Shown: positions 53,639-64,000 of the stretch, piece by piece | Layout: every line of letters starts with the position of its first letter | Position numbering within the stretch: position 1 is the stretch's first letter | Source: an uncultured cyanobacterium | GTDB taxonomy: Bacteria; Cyanobacteriota; Cyanobacteriia; Cyanobacteriales; Nostocaceae | Direction: 5' to 3' | NCBI GenBank assembly: GCA_963740315.1 | Contig: CAVUDP010000003.1 | Coordinates: 448,001-512,000 of the forward strand | Length of the DNA: 64,000 bases | Notes under the pieces: generated by a model | What the model was told of the DNA's origin: nothing | The model's database searches: none | Seen by the model: the letters and a program-made list of their open reading frames with translations, nothing else | Program-made: the position numbers and the translations under genes

Positions 53639-54661
53639 ATGGGATCGACTGGCGTAAGAATCGCTATTGATGCAATGGGAGGAGATAATGCCCCCGGTGA
53701 AATCGTGGCTGGCGCACTGCGAGCTGTGGAAGAATTGGGTGTAAAAGCATTGTTGGTAGGCTCCCCCGAAGATATTGAACGTATACTGCCATCATCAATA
53801 AAGTCGGAACAAGTAGAAATTGTCCCCGCCGAAAGTGCGATCGCGATGGATGAAGAACCTTTAAGCGCCATTAGACGCAAACCAAAGGCTTCTATCAACG
53901 TGGCGATGAATTTGGTGAAGAAGGGACAAGCTGATGCTGTAATTAGTGCCGGTCATTCTGGTGCAGCGATGGCAGCAGCTTTACTTCGTTTGGGAAGACT
54001 TCCGGGCATCGATCGTCCGGCAATTGGCGCGGTATTCCCCACGATGGCTGCTAGCAAACAAGTCCTAGTACTTGATGTTGGTGCTAACGTAGACTGCCGT
54101 CCGAAATTTTTGGAGCAATTTGCCGTTTTAGGATCGGCTTACTCTCAGTATGTTTTGGGTGTCACACAACCCAAAGTAGGTTTATTAAATATCGGTGAGG
54201 AAGACTGTAAAGGTAATGATGTTGCCATACGCGCCCACCAAATGATCGCTGAAAATCCCTACATTACCTTTATTGGCAATGCCGAAGGGCGCGATGTGCT
54301 TTCGGGTGATTTTGATGTGATTGTATGCGATGGTTTTGTAGGCAATGTCTTATTAAAATTTGCCGAAGCTGTCGGGGAAATTTTGTTGCAAATTATTCGC
54401 GAGGAATTACCCCAAGGATTGCGCGGTCAAATTGGCTGTTCTATTTTAAAACCAAACTTGAAACGAATTAAGCAGCGGGTAGACTCCGCAGAACATGGCG
54501 GTGGTTTACTTTTAGGCGTAAACGGCATATGTGTAATTGGTCACGGTAGCTCCGAAGCTCCTTCAATTTTCAATGCAATTCGTCTGGCAAAAGAAGCTGT
54601 AGATAATCAGGTACTAGAACGCATTCACTCCCAAAATCTGAGCGAAAAAAGCGTTTCGTAA
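53639..54661 (+). CDS. plsX: Phosphate acyltransferase PlsX
   Basis: IAIDAMGGD, LDVGANVD, LLNIGEE, VCDGFVGN, GHGSS. Confidence 0.97.
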   Translation: MGSTGVRIAIDAMGGDNAPGEIVAGALRAVEELGVKALLVGSPEDIERILPSSIKSEQVEIVPAESAIAMDEEPLSAIRRKPKASINVAMNLVKKGQADAVISAGHSGAAMAAALLRLGRLPGIDRPAIGAVFPTMAASKQVLVLDVGANVDCRPKFLEQFAVLGSAYSQYVLGVTQPKVGLLNIGEEDCKGNDVAIRAHQMIAENPYITFIGNAEGRDVLSGDFDVIVCDGFVGNVLLKFAEAVGEILLQIIREELPQGLRGQIGCSILKPNLKRIKQRVDSAEHGGGLLLGVNGICVIGHGSSEAPSIFNAIRLAKEAVDNQVLERIHSQNLSEKSVS

Positions 54662-54787
54662 ATTAGTTTTCGATGGCAGTAAATATTACTAGTCTATAGA
54701 CAGTAGTTTATACTGCCTATAGGCTAATAATTTTTATAGTAATGATTTGGCTACAGTCCGAATAGCGGATAGCTGTGGAGAGAATGA

Positions 54788-55780
54788 GTGCAAAATTTAG
54801 GAATATCTTTTACAGGAAGTGGTTCGGCTGTGCCAGAAACTTTCCTGGATAACCAGGGGTTGAGCGAGCTGGTTGAGACATCAGACGAATGGATCGCCAC
54901 AAGAACGGGAATTAGTCAACGAAGATTAGCAACAGCGGCTGATTCTGTTACCACCATCGGTACTGCTGCGAGTCTTAAGGCATTAGAAATGGCACAAATC
55001 GAAGCAAAAGACTTGGATTTGATTTTGCTAGCAACTTCCACTCCCGATGATTTGTTTGGTAGTGCAAGTCAGATTCAAGCTGAATTGGGAGCAAGCAGGG
55101 CAGTAGCATTTGATTTGACTGCGGCGTGTTCTGGTTTTGTTTTTGGATTAGTAACTGCCGCTCAATATATAAGAACAGGTGTATTCCAAAATGTGCTTTT
55201 AGTAGGGGCGGACATCCTTTCTCGTTGGGTGGATTGGGAAGACAGACGCACCTGCATATTATTTGGCGATGGTGCTGGGGCTGCTGTATTGCAAGCTAAT
55301 AAACACGACCGTTTATTAGGGTTTGAAATGAAAAGCGATGGAACCCTTAATAGCTGTTTAAACCTTGCCTATACACCGCGATCGCAACAACTGATTGAAG
55401 GTGTAAGCATCTCGAAAGGCAATTTTGGTAATGTTTCGATGAATGGCAAAGAAGTTTATCGTTTTGCCGTCAAGCGAGTACCCGAAGTTATCGATAAAGC
55501 CTTATTTCGTGCCAATCTTACAGTCGAACAAGTGGATTGGCTGCTACTGCATCAAGCCAACCAACGCATTCTTGATGCAGTTGCCGAACGTCTTTCTATT
55601 CCATCTGAAAAAGTAATCAGCAATGTCGCCAGCTATGGCAATACTTCTGCTGCTTCCATACCTCTTGCATTGGATGAAGCAGTGCGATCGGGCAAAATTA
55701 AACCGGGAGATACTATTGCTGCATCGGGTTTTGGGGCTGGACTAACCTGGGGTGCGGCGATTTTTCAATGGGGAAGGTAA
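54788..55780 (+). CDS. fabH: Beta-ketoacyl-ACP synthase III
   Basis: DLTAACSGF, LFGDGAGA, HQAN, GNTSAASIP. Confidence 0.97.
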   Translation: MQNLGISFTGSGSAVPETFLDNQGLSELVETSDEWIATRTGISQRRLATAADSVTTIGTAASLKALEMAQIEAKDLDLILLATSTPDDLFGSASQIQAELGASRAVAFDLTAACSGFVFGLVTAAQYIRTGVFQNVLLVGADILSRWVDWEDRRTCILFGDGAGAAVLQANKHDRLLGFEMKSDGTLNSCLNLAYTPRSQQLIEGVSISKGNFGNVSMNGKEVYRFAVKRVPEVIDKALFRANLTVEQVDWLLLHQANQRILDAVAERLSIPSEKVISNVASYGNTSAASIPLALDEAVRSGKIKPGDTIAASGFGAGLTWGAAIFQWGR

Positions 55781-55784
55781 GAGA

Positions 55785-55885
55785 GCAGGGGGAGAGTGGG
55801 GAGAGGGGGGAGAGGGGGAAGAATAATTAAATCCTAACTCTTAACTTCTCACTCTACTAACTACTAACTACTAACTACTAACTAC
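55785..55885 (+). repeat. GGGGAGAG octamers and CTACTAA heptamers between fabH and fabD
   Basis: Direct reading. Confidence 0.8.
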
Positions 55886-55898
55886 CAATTAATAACTG

Positions 55899-56786
55899 AT
55901 GACTAAAACTGCATGGGTGTTTCCCGGACAAGGTTCTCAAGCTTTGGGAATGGGAATGGATTTACTAGAATTGTCCGAAGCAAAGGAAAAGTTTGCTCAA
56001 GCTGAAGAAATTTTAGGCTGGAGTGTCAGCGAAATCTGCCAAAATGATGAAGAAAAGTTAGCCCGTACTCTTTACACTCAACCTTGTTTGTATGTGGTAG
56101 AAACTATTCTCGCCGATACGATCGCAAAAAAAGAAAAACCGGACTTAGTAGCGGGGCATAGTTTGGGAGAGTATATTGCTTTATACGTCGCGGGCGTGTT
56201 TGAATGGTCTGCTGGTTTACGATTGGTAAAACGTCGTGCCGAATTAATGGAAAATGCTGCTGGTGGTAAAATGGCAGCTTTGATTGGCTTCGATCGCGAA
56301 CAGTTAGACAAAATTCTCGCCCAAACTGATGATGTAGTCTTAGCGAATGATAATAGTTCTACACAGGTAGTAATTTCTGGTACTCCTGAAGCGATAGAAA
56401 GCGTTTTGTCTCAAGTAAAAGCTAAACGTAAAGTACCTTTGAATGTATCTGGAGCATTTCATTCACCAATGATGGCAGACGCATCTGCTGAATTTAAAGA
56501 TGTCTTATCCTCAGTAGAATTTCAGAGAGCGACTGTACCAGTTTTATCGAATGTAGAACCAGTACCCGTAGTAGAAGCTGATCTTTTAAAGCAACGATTG
56601 GTGGAGCAAATGACAGGAAGCGTGCGCTGGCGAGAAATAGCTTTAGCCTTACCAGAACAAGGTATTGAGCGTGTCGTAGAAATTGGTCCTGGAAACGTTT
56701 TAACAGGTCTAATCAAGCGTACTTGCTCCGGCTTAAATTTAGCAAACGTGTGTTGTGCTGCTGAAACGGAATTAGTTAGTAGTTAA
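55899..56786 (+). CDS. fabD: Malonyl-CoA:ACP transacylase
   Basis: FPGQGSQ, GHSLGEY, VSGAFHS, EIGPG. Confidence 0.97.
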   Translation: MTKTAWVFPGQGSQALGMGMDLLELSEAKEKFAQAEEILGWSVSEICQNDEEKLARTLYTQPCLYVVETILADTIAKKEKPDLVAGHSLGEYIALYVAGVFEWSAGLRLVKRRAELMENAAGGKMAALIGFDREQLDKILAQTDDVVLANDNSSTQVVISGTPEAIESVLSQVKAKRKVPLNVSGAFHSPMMADASAEFKDVLSSVEFQRATVPVLSNVEPVPVVEADLLKQRLVEQMTGSVRWREIALALPEQGIERVVEIGPGNVLTGLIKRTCSGLNLANVCCAAETELVSS

Positions 56787-56889
56787 GAGTTAGGAGTAAG
56801 GAGTAAATAAGGTTAAAGGTCTGCATATTAAAGGTTAAAATTCTCCTTGTCTCCTTGTTTCCTAGTCTCCCCTTCCCAATTAATGAAAT

Positions 56890-57528
56890 ATGTCTCGACA
56901 CCGCGAACCATTTGTTAGCCTTCTACTTTACCGTGCTTTTAAATACTCGGTAGTTAATCCCATGCTTCGCGTTTACTTCCAAGGACGTATTTATGGGGCT
57001 GAAAATGTTCCTATAAGCGGACCTTTGGTAATAGTCAGCAATCACGCCAGTAATTTTGACCCACCGATTGTTTCTAGTTGCGTTCGTCGTCCGGTATCGT
57101 ATATGGCGAAGGAAGAATTATTTAAAATTCCGATTTTTAAACAAGCAATTGAGCTATATGGTGCTTATCCTGTAAGCCGGGGAAGCGGCGATCGCAATGC
57201 AATTCGTAAGGCTTTGGAACATCTAGATGAAGGGTGGGCTGTGGGACTTTTCTTGCAAGGTACTCGCACGCCAGATGGACGAATTACAGATCCCAAGCGA
57301 GGTGCGGCGTTAATTGCAGCAAAAGCAAAAGCGCCGATCTTACCAATATGTTTGTGGGGTACTCAGGAAATCGAGCAGAAAGGTTCGGCTATTCCTCAAA
57401 GGGTTCCAATTACAGTCAGGATTGGCGAGTTAATTCCGACTCCGACTTCCACAACTAAGGAAGATTTAGAAACTGTAACCCAACAATGTGCGATCGCGAT
57501 TAATAATTTGCACGATTTGGGGCGCTAA
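56890..57528 (+). CDS. plsC: 1-acyl-sn-glycerol-3-phosphate acyltransferase
   Basis: NHASNFD (HX4D), MAKEELF, FLQGTR. Confidence 0.9.
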   Translation: MSRHREPFVSLLLYRAFKYSVVNPMLRVYFQGRIYGAENVPISGPLVIVSNHASNFDPPIVSSCVRRPVSYMAKEELFKIPIFKQAIELYGAYPVSRGSGDRNAIRKALEHLDEGWAVGLFLQGTRTPDGRITDPKRGAALIAAKAKAPILPICLWGTQEIEQKGSAIPQRVPITVRIGELIPTPTSTTKEDLETVTQQCAIAINNLHDLGR

Positions 57529-57720
57529 AGCGGTTGGTAACGAATTTCAAAAATATGCTTTAAGCAAGTAGTATTAGTAAACTTCCATGCTTTAAATTAA
57601 AGGTTTATTCGACTGGGAACGCAAAATTAGCTCAATTTCAGGCTAAGAAGACGATTTTATGGCTTCGCTTCCCTACCTGCAAGTCTCATTCTCAATACCT
57701 TCTTAATACTTTAATATTTT

Positions 57721-58758
57721 ATGAACGATTCAGACGGTGAAAATTTTTTATCTAAATTAAATAATCTTGCTTTAGTTCGCTTTTTACTTTTCTTTGCTTG
57801 CGGTTGGACAATCGTACAGCTAATAGCTTATTTTCAAGCAGTGATTGTTATTTTTACATTTGCTACAATTTTGGCTTTTTTACTGAGCTATCCGGTTCAA
57901 TGGTTGAAACGTTTTGTACCCCACAGTGTAGCGGTTGTTTTTATATTTTTAGTTAGTATCGTAATTCTTGGTGGCTTAGCAATAGCCGCAGGTTTAGGAC
58001 TTTTATCTCAAGGACAACAATTAATAGATAGTGCAGCGACTTTTTTAAATTCTTTAATACCTTTGGTACAGCAATTAGAATCAACTCTTAGGAACCGAAA
58101 TCTTCAAATAGATTTAACTGCTTTAGAACAAATATTAAGAGAAGAAGCTATTGCTAGACTGATTACTATTTTAAATTTGTTTCAAGGTTTTATTACCAAT
58201 TTTGCAACCTTCATTTTAATTGCTGTTGTTGCTTTTTTTATGCTTCTCGAAGGAGAACAGCTTTGGCTTTTCATTTTAAAAATTGTACCTCAGTCTCGTC
58301 GTAATAGATTTGCAAAAATTACCAAACGTGCCTTTCTCGGATTTTTTCGAGGTCAGTTATTGTTAACATTGTTTCTGACTGGAGCAACTTTTTTAGTTTT
58401 TGTGATATTAGGAGTACCTTTTCCCTTAGTATTATCTGTAATAGTTGGTTTTCTTGATGTTATTCCAGGTATAGGTGCAACGTTAGGAATTAGTGTAATT
58501 ACTTTAATTGTATTATCTCAAGGTGTTTGGTTAGCGCTTAAAGTATTAGGAGCTTGTATTGTACTTCAGCAAATTCAAGATAATTTAATTGCACCTAGAG
58601 TCATGCAGGATGCACTTAATTTAAATCCGGTTGTAATATTTTTTGCTCTACTAATAGGTGCTAGAATTGCTGGTTTATTAGGTGTTTTTATCTCTATTCC
58701 AATTGCCGGGGTAATAGTTGCTTTATTTGAAATTGATGAAATGAAAGCGGAAGTTTAG
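57721..58758 (+). CDS. AI-2E family transporter
   Basis: LAFLLSYPV, FFRGQ, IPGIG, QQIQDNLIAPRVM, LNLNP. Confidence 0.92.
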   Translation: MNDSDGENFLSKLNNLALVRFLLFFACGWTIVQLIAYFQAVIVIFTFATILAFLLSYPVQWLKRFVPHSVAVVFIFLVSIVILGGLAIAAGLGLLSQGQQLIDSAATFLNSLIPLVQQLESTLRNRNLQIDLTALEQILREEAIARLITILNLFQGFITNFATFILIAVVAFFMLLEGEQLWLFILKIVPQSRRNRFAKITKRAFLGFFRGQLLLTLFLTGATFLVFVILGVPFPLVLSVIVGFLDVIPGIGATLGISVITLIVLSQGVWLALKVLGACIVLQQIQDNLIAPRVMQDALNLNPVVIFFALLIGARIAGLLGVFISIPIAGVIVALFEIDEMKAEV

Positions 58759-58851
58759 TAATTTGATTTTAGATTTGAAGTTTTAGATTAATGATTTCAC
58801 AAATAATTTAGAACTGTTATATATTAATTATTGAAGATTTTTTAATGACTG

Positions 58852-59154
58852 ATGACAAATCAAGATTTAAGAGCGCAGTTAGATGAGAACCTTGAAGAAT
58901 CTGAATGGGAATGGTTAATTCCTCACGCACAAAGAGATTCTGTGATTGTAGTGGCAATAGAATTAGATTTATTAGATGTGGGAGAAGCGATCGCTAGCGA
59001 TAAAGCTTCACAAGTGCAAAATTGGATCGATGAAGCGTTAATCGCTAAACCCTCAGCAGTACAAATAGGAGAATGGAATATGCAGCGAGAAAAGCGATTT
59101 GAAACTTTGATCGTGCAGCCTTTTGTGCTTGTTAAGGAGAAAATTGCTGTTTGA
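58852..59154 (+). CDS. DUF2288 family protein
   Basis: WEWLIPHAQRD, LDLLDVGEAIASD, LIVQPFVLV. Confidence 0.9.
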   Translation: MTNQDLRAQLDENLEESEWEWLIPHAQRDSVIVVAIELDLLDVGEAIASDKASQVQNWIDEALIAKPSAVQIGEWNMQREKRFETLIVQPFVLVKEKIAV

Positions 59155-59203
59155 GGTAAATTATTAAATCCCCTTTTGCATCTTGCAATTCGGGGATTAC
59201 CAA

Positions 59204-59761
59204 TTAATTTTTGTTCGTATTTTCCCCACCACCCAAACCAGTAGCCACCCAAACAATCGATCTAACTCCATCGCGAATGGATTTTTCTATCGGCTCAGAA
59301 CTACTTTGTGAAGGAACTGATACTGCTTTAAAGTCAATTCCCCGACTACCTAAAACTATTTCGCCGATTACAGCAGCACGGCGCATATGATAGTCGGAGG
59401 TAACTAAATACAATCTCTTGATTCCTTTTTTTTCTAAGTCATCTACTAGCGTTGTAAAGTTTTCTACCGTGTTACTGGCTCGATAGTCTAAGTACAAACG
59501 CCTTGAATCAATCCCGGCTTTGGTAAAGACTTTTTTCGTCGCACTCTCCGGGCTGCCTCCCGAAATCAAAATCGGTAGATTGGGATATTTATTTGCAAAG
59601 TCTGCTGCAAATTTTTCTCTTTCTAATCTTTTAGTTGAACCACCTAAAACCAAAATTGCTTGTGGCTGTACAAATACACTTTGAACTTTTTTATAACCCC
59701 ACAATAAAGTTAGCGGTAGGGTTAAAAGCATTAACCGAGAAGAAATTCCTTTAGAGAGCAT
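59204..59761 (-). CDS. YdcF/DUF218 family protein
   Basis: AILVLGG, ILISGG, ASNTVEN, LVTSDYHMRRA. Confidence 0.9.
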   Translation of the reverse strand: MLSKGISSRLMLLTLPLTLLWGYKKVQSVFVQPQAILVLGGSTKRLEREKFAADFANKYPNLPILISGGSPESATKKVFTKAGIDSRRLYLDYRASNTVENFTTLVDDLEKKGIKRLYLVTSDYHMRRAAVIGEIVLGSRGIDFKAVSVPSQSSSEPIEKSIRDGVRSIVWVATGLGGGENTNKN

Positions 59762-60171
59762 TTTATTTAAGACTCGATCGCGCTTGACTATCTGGAGAAG
59801 GTTTTTCTGAAAAAATAAAAATAATTTAATTTTTTTCTTCTGCTAATTATTAATATTTCCAACAAAATATAAATACTTTGTGGAAAAATGCACAGGGGGT
59901 GACACCCCTTAACTAGCCCTTTTTTATGCCAAAAGTACTTTTGGCTGTTTATTCGCAGGCTAATATGTATGTAATTACACCACGAATTGCTTAAGCTGCT
60001 AGATGTTACCTAACCCTTCTTTTTAGCGAAGAGAAGTCATCTATTAGTTTATATGCACCCACTGTTAAATTGCAGCAACAAGGAATACCAGACCTAAAAC
60101 AAGATTTTATCTTTTCGAGGGGTAAATTTAAAAGTATATTTAATAACTTTATGTTATTTTTTTTCGGAAAA

Positions 60172-60245
60172 TGGGACTGGCAAGACTTGAACCTGCGACC
60201 TAGCGCTTAGGAGGCGCTCGCTCTATCCAACTGAGCTACAGCCCC
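60172..60245 (-). tRNA. tRNA-Arg (anticodon CCT)
   Basis: GGGGCTGTAGCTCAGTTGGATAGAGCGAGCGC-CTCCTAA-GCGCTAGGTCGCAGGTTCAAGTCTTGCCAGTCCCA folds as a cloverleaf; CCA not encoded. Confidence 0.96.
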
Positions 60246-60274
60246 AATTAGTTATCATTTGTATAATAACATCT

Positions 60275-61405
<1,131 letters not shown>

Positions 61406-61748
61406 TTATCTACAGTTAATTAAAAAGTCTTTTCAGCTATAAATTTCATCATCTTATAAGAATAATTATAGATTGGTTCTGCGGCTATAAATACTTGTAT
61501 AAAATAAATAGTTTTAATAAAAATTTATTTGCAAATAAAAATCGCTCTTATGGATACATTAAGCACCTCTCCAGAGATAGAGCCGCCTTCTTAGTTAAGA
61601 AGTTATGCTGAGGATATAGCAAAATACAAGTTTCAAAAAAAACTAATGATATAGATTAAGCGGTAATTATAAAATTAACTATCTAACTAATCTATAAAGT
61701 GTTTTACTTTTTCATACTTTATTAATCAAAATAATTAATTTAATACCA

Positions 61749-62450
61749 ATGACTAACCACAACGAAAGCAAAGACTATAATCGAGAAGTTACGCAGAATT
61801 CATATACTGACGCTGACGGTAATACTCATACAAACGTTACGCGAACCAGTGAAACAGTTGAAAATGACCCTAGTTCCTATCAAGATGGCTACGCTTCCGG
61901 TAGAATTCAAGAGCGCAATGACCAAAGAAGAAACCTAGCCGCACGAGATAGCAATAATGCGACTGGTGGCTTAGTCTTAGGGGTATTGCTTGCGGCACTT
62001 GCAACTTTAGTAGGCGGTGCAATGTGGTATTTTAATCAATCTAAAGAAGCAGAAAACTCAACTCCGACACCAATTGAGAGTCCCGTTACCGATACGAAAC
62101 CGAATCAAACTGAAGCTTCCCAACCACAAAACAATACAACTACAATCATCGAAAGAACTAAGGAAGTGGCTGTTCCCGTTGAAGTACCAGTACCAGTACC
62201 AGTTCCGCAACAACAAGAACCAGCACAAAAATCTCAACAACGTGACATTAACATTAATGTCCAACCTCAAGAAGGTGCGAGTCAATCGGAAACTTCCACA
62301 CCACCAAAACAAACTACTCCCAAGCAACCTCAAACCTCAAACGGTAGTACCAACAATTCCTCTCAATCTCAAGAACCACAAAAGCAAACCAACCCAACTA
62401 CTAGCAATCCCAGCACTAGTGAGAGCAATAGCAACACTAATCCTGAGTAA
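61749..62450 (+). CDS. Hypothetical single-pass membrane protein with Pro/Gln/Ser/Thr-rich tail
   Basis: 233 aa; YQDGY, ARDSNNATGGLVLG TM helix, TTIIERTKEV and VPVPVP motifs. Confidence 0.8.
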   Translation: MTNHNESKDYNREVTQNSYTDADGNTHTNVTRTSETVENDPSSYQDGYASGRIQERNDQRRNLAARDSNNATGGLVLGVLLAALATLVGGAMWYFNQSKEAENSTPTPIESPVTDTKPNQTEASQPQNNTTTIIERTKEVAVPVEVPVPVPVPQQQEPAQKSQQRDININVQPQEGASQSETSTPPKQTTPKQPQTSNGSTNNSSQSQEPQKQTNPTTSNPSTSESNSNTNPE

Positions 62451-62473
62451 ATTATCTTTTCTTATAAATTAAT

Positions 62474-62506
62474 TTGTAGAGACGTTGCCTTTGCTTCGTC
62501 TCTACA
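62474..62506. repeat. GTAG-type REP-like palindrome
   Basis: TGTAGAGACG...CGTCTCTACA. Confidence 0.75.
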
Positions 62507-63008
62507 TTTTTATAAACTTAAGCAGGTAATACTTTTGTTCGCTTAAAACTGCATCCTTTTTCAGGAAAGGTTTTTAGCTGTTTACAGTAGCAAAAGCATG
62601 AGTATTTAATACTAATAAAGTAAATAAGCGTAAATGAATATTGCGAAAAGTTACCAATAATTACAGTCAGTAAAATAAGCTTTTTCTTTCACAAAATGGG
62701 TGCTAACTTTATAAATAAGGCACCAGACAAATAACAACAACCAATCTTTCGACTAGAGTTCGTGCCTGCCGCTCTAGTCACATCGCAATCGTTACTCGAT
62801 TCTTACATCCTACAAATGCCGTGTTTTCGCCTTGAATTTATGAGTGAATTTGGAGGTTTTTGAAAAGCAGACAAAAAATACTGCTTAGATTAAAAGAGTT
62901 TAGGATGTACATTGTGTAACAAACGTTTCTAAAATTGCGATTTCGGTTCACCCTATATTTGAAGTAAATTCTGATTTTTAACTCTTCTCAATCTACTAAA
63001 TATTTAAT

Positions 63009-63256
63009 AAACCGTCTCTAATTACTGACATTTTTCGGTCGTAACTGGAGACGGTTTTGAAGGTTAAAGGTCAAAGGTCAAAGGTTAAAGGTTAAAGGTC
63101 AAAGGTCAAAGGTCAAAGGTTAAAGGTCAAAGGTTAAAGGTTAAAGGTTAAAGGTTAAAGGTGTGATAATTCCAAACTCCAAACTTTTTCTTGTCGCCTT
63201 GTCTCCCCATCTCCCCATCTCCCCATCTCCCCATCTCCCCATCTCCCCATCTCCCC
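63009..63256. repeat. Hairpin AAACCGTCTC...GAGACGGTTT followed by AAGGT(C/T)A heptamer and CCCCATCT octamer arrays
   Basis: Direct reading; about 14 heptamers at 63060-63162 and octamers at 63205-63256. Confidence 0.9.
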
Positions 63257-64000
63257 TCATTCCAAAGTAATCACAGTCACTTCCGGGGGACAAAAGAAGC
63301 GCCCTGGTAAATAAGTTCCCAAACCGCGATTGACGTATAGCTGATTTTTTCCGACTTTGTGAAATCCTTGCGCCCATTCCCAATGCTGGAGAACTTTTAT
63401 GTAATCTGGTCGTAAAAATGGGATTAATCGCCGCACATCTTTAGGAATAATGTTAGCAAGCTCTTTGTAATAGGCTATTAAAGGACCAATATCGGGTAAT
63501 ACAATTTGTCCGCCGTGGGAATGCCCGGATAGTTGCAAATCGACTCGCCATTGTTGCAATATTTGGGCGGTATCGGGATTATGTGATAAAACAATACGCG
63601 GTGTGGCATCGTCTAACCGATCCATTACCGATGCAGGCTTAAATTCTTTTGACCAATAATCGGCGAATCCTACTAATGGTAAATCTTTTCCTAAAGGATA
63701 AGCAATTTCATTCCAAAGAACTTTAATATCAATACTTGTCAGCGCTGCTGTTACTTCTGCTTTCGCGGTGCGATAACATATATCATGATTGCCAAGTACG
63801 GCATATATCCCAGCGCGAGATTGTAAATTCTTAAGTCTTTTGACTAGCTTATATATTGGTGCGGGATCGTCAGTTATGTAATCACCAGTTAAAACAACCA
63901 AATCCGGTTCAGCTTTATTGCTGGCAATAATGGCTTGTTCTAACATTTCTGACGATAACCTGAAGCCGTCGTAGTGCAAATCTGAAAGCTGCACTATTCG
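63257..64000 (-). CDS. Metallophosphoesterase (5' end outside window)
   Basis: SDLH, GDY, GNHD, SHNPD, GHSHGGQ, VNRGLG. Confidence 0.93.
   Translation of the reverse strand, partial: RIVQLSDLHYDGFRLSSEMLEQAIIASNKAEPDLVVLTGDYITDDPAPIYKLVKRLKNLQSRAGIYAVLGNHDICYRTAKAEVTAALTSIDIKVLWNEIAYPLGKDLPLVGFADYWSKEFKPASVMDRLDDATPRIVLSHNPDTAQILQQWRVDLQLSGHSHGGQIVLPDIGPLIAYYKELANIIPKDVRRLIPFLRPDYIKVLQHWEWAQGFHKVGKNQLYVNRGLGTYLPGRFFCPPEVTVITLE

Noticed and set aside
63141..63383. 80 aa minus-strand ORF
   Set aside because: Out-of-frame overlap with the phosphoesterase plus STRR-derived sequence

Overview
Chromosomal window from a cyanobacterium, most likely a filamentous heterocystous Nostocales/Rivulariaceae-type strain (inferred from petCA, Yfr1, more than 30 HIP1 sites GCGATCGC and dense 7-8 bp STRR-type arrays). 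It is mostly housekeeping: tatC, petCA, a GH57 enzyme, grpE-dnaK-dnaJ-tusA-rsgA, pilB-pilT-pilC, trxA/Yfr1/guaB-like, mutS2, pepA, metG, lptC, dacB, plsX-fabH-fabD-plsC, tRNA-Arg(CCT) and tocopherol cyclase. The main specialised locus is a three-gene mycosporine sunscreen cluster (mysABC, no adjacent mysD/mysE). It is preceded by a 1.45 kb ORF-poor, hairpin-rich leader with a strand-biased AAGCC motif and followed by a 5 x 107 bp tandem array of a palindromic element. Other points: a layered set of tiny mobile repeats (MITEs, REP-like GTAG palindromes, 21-24 nt inserts in HIP1/STRR/REP sites, STRR inserts in frame within rsgA and mutS2), a decaying accessory patch at 39-41 kb, and two candidate unannotated structured RNAs. 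No CRISPR array, transposase or prophage was seen. All family assignments come from motif recognition; no database search was run.
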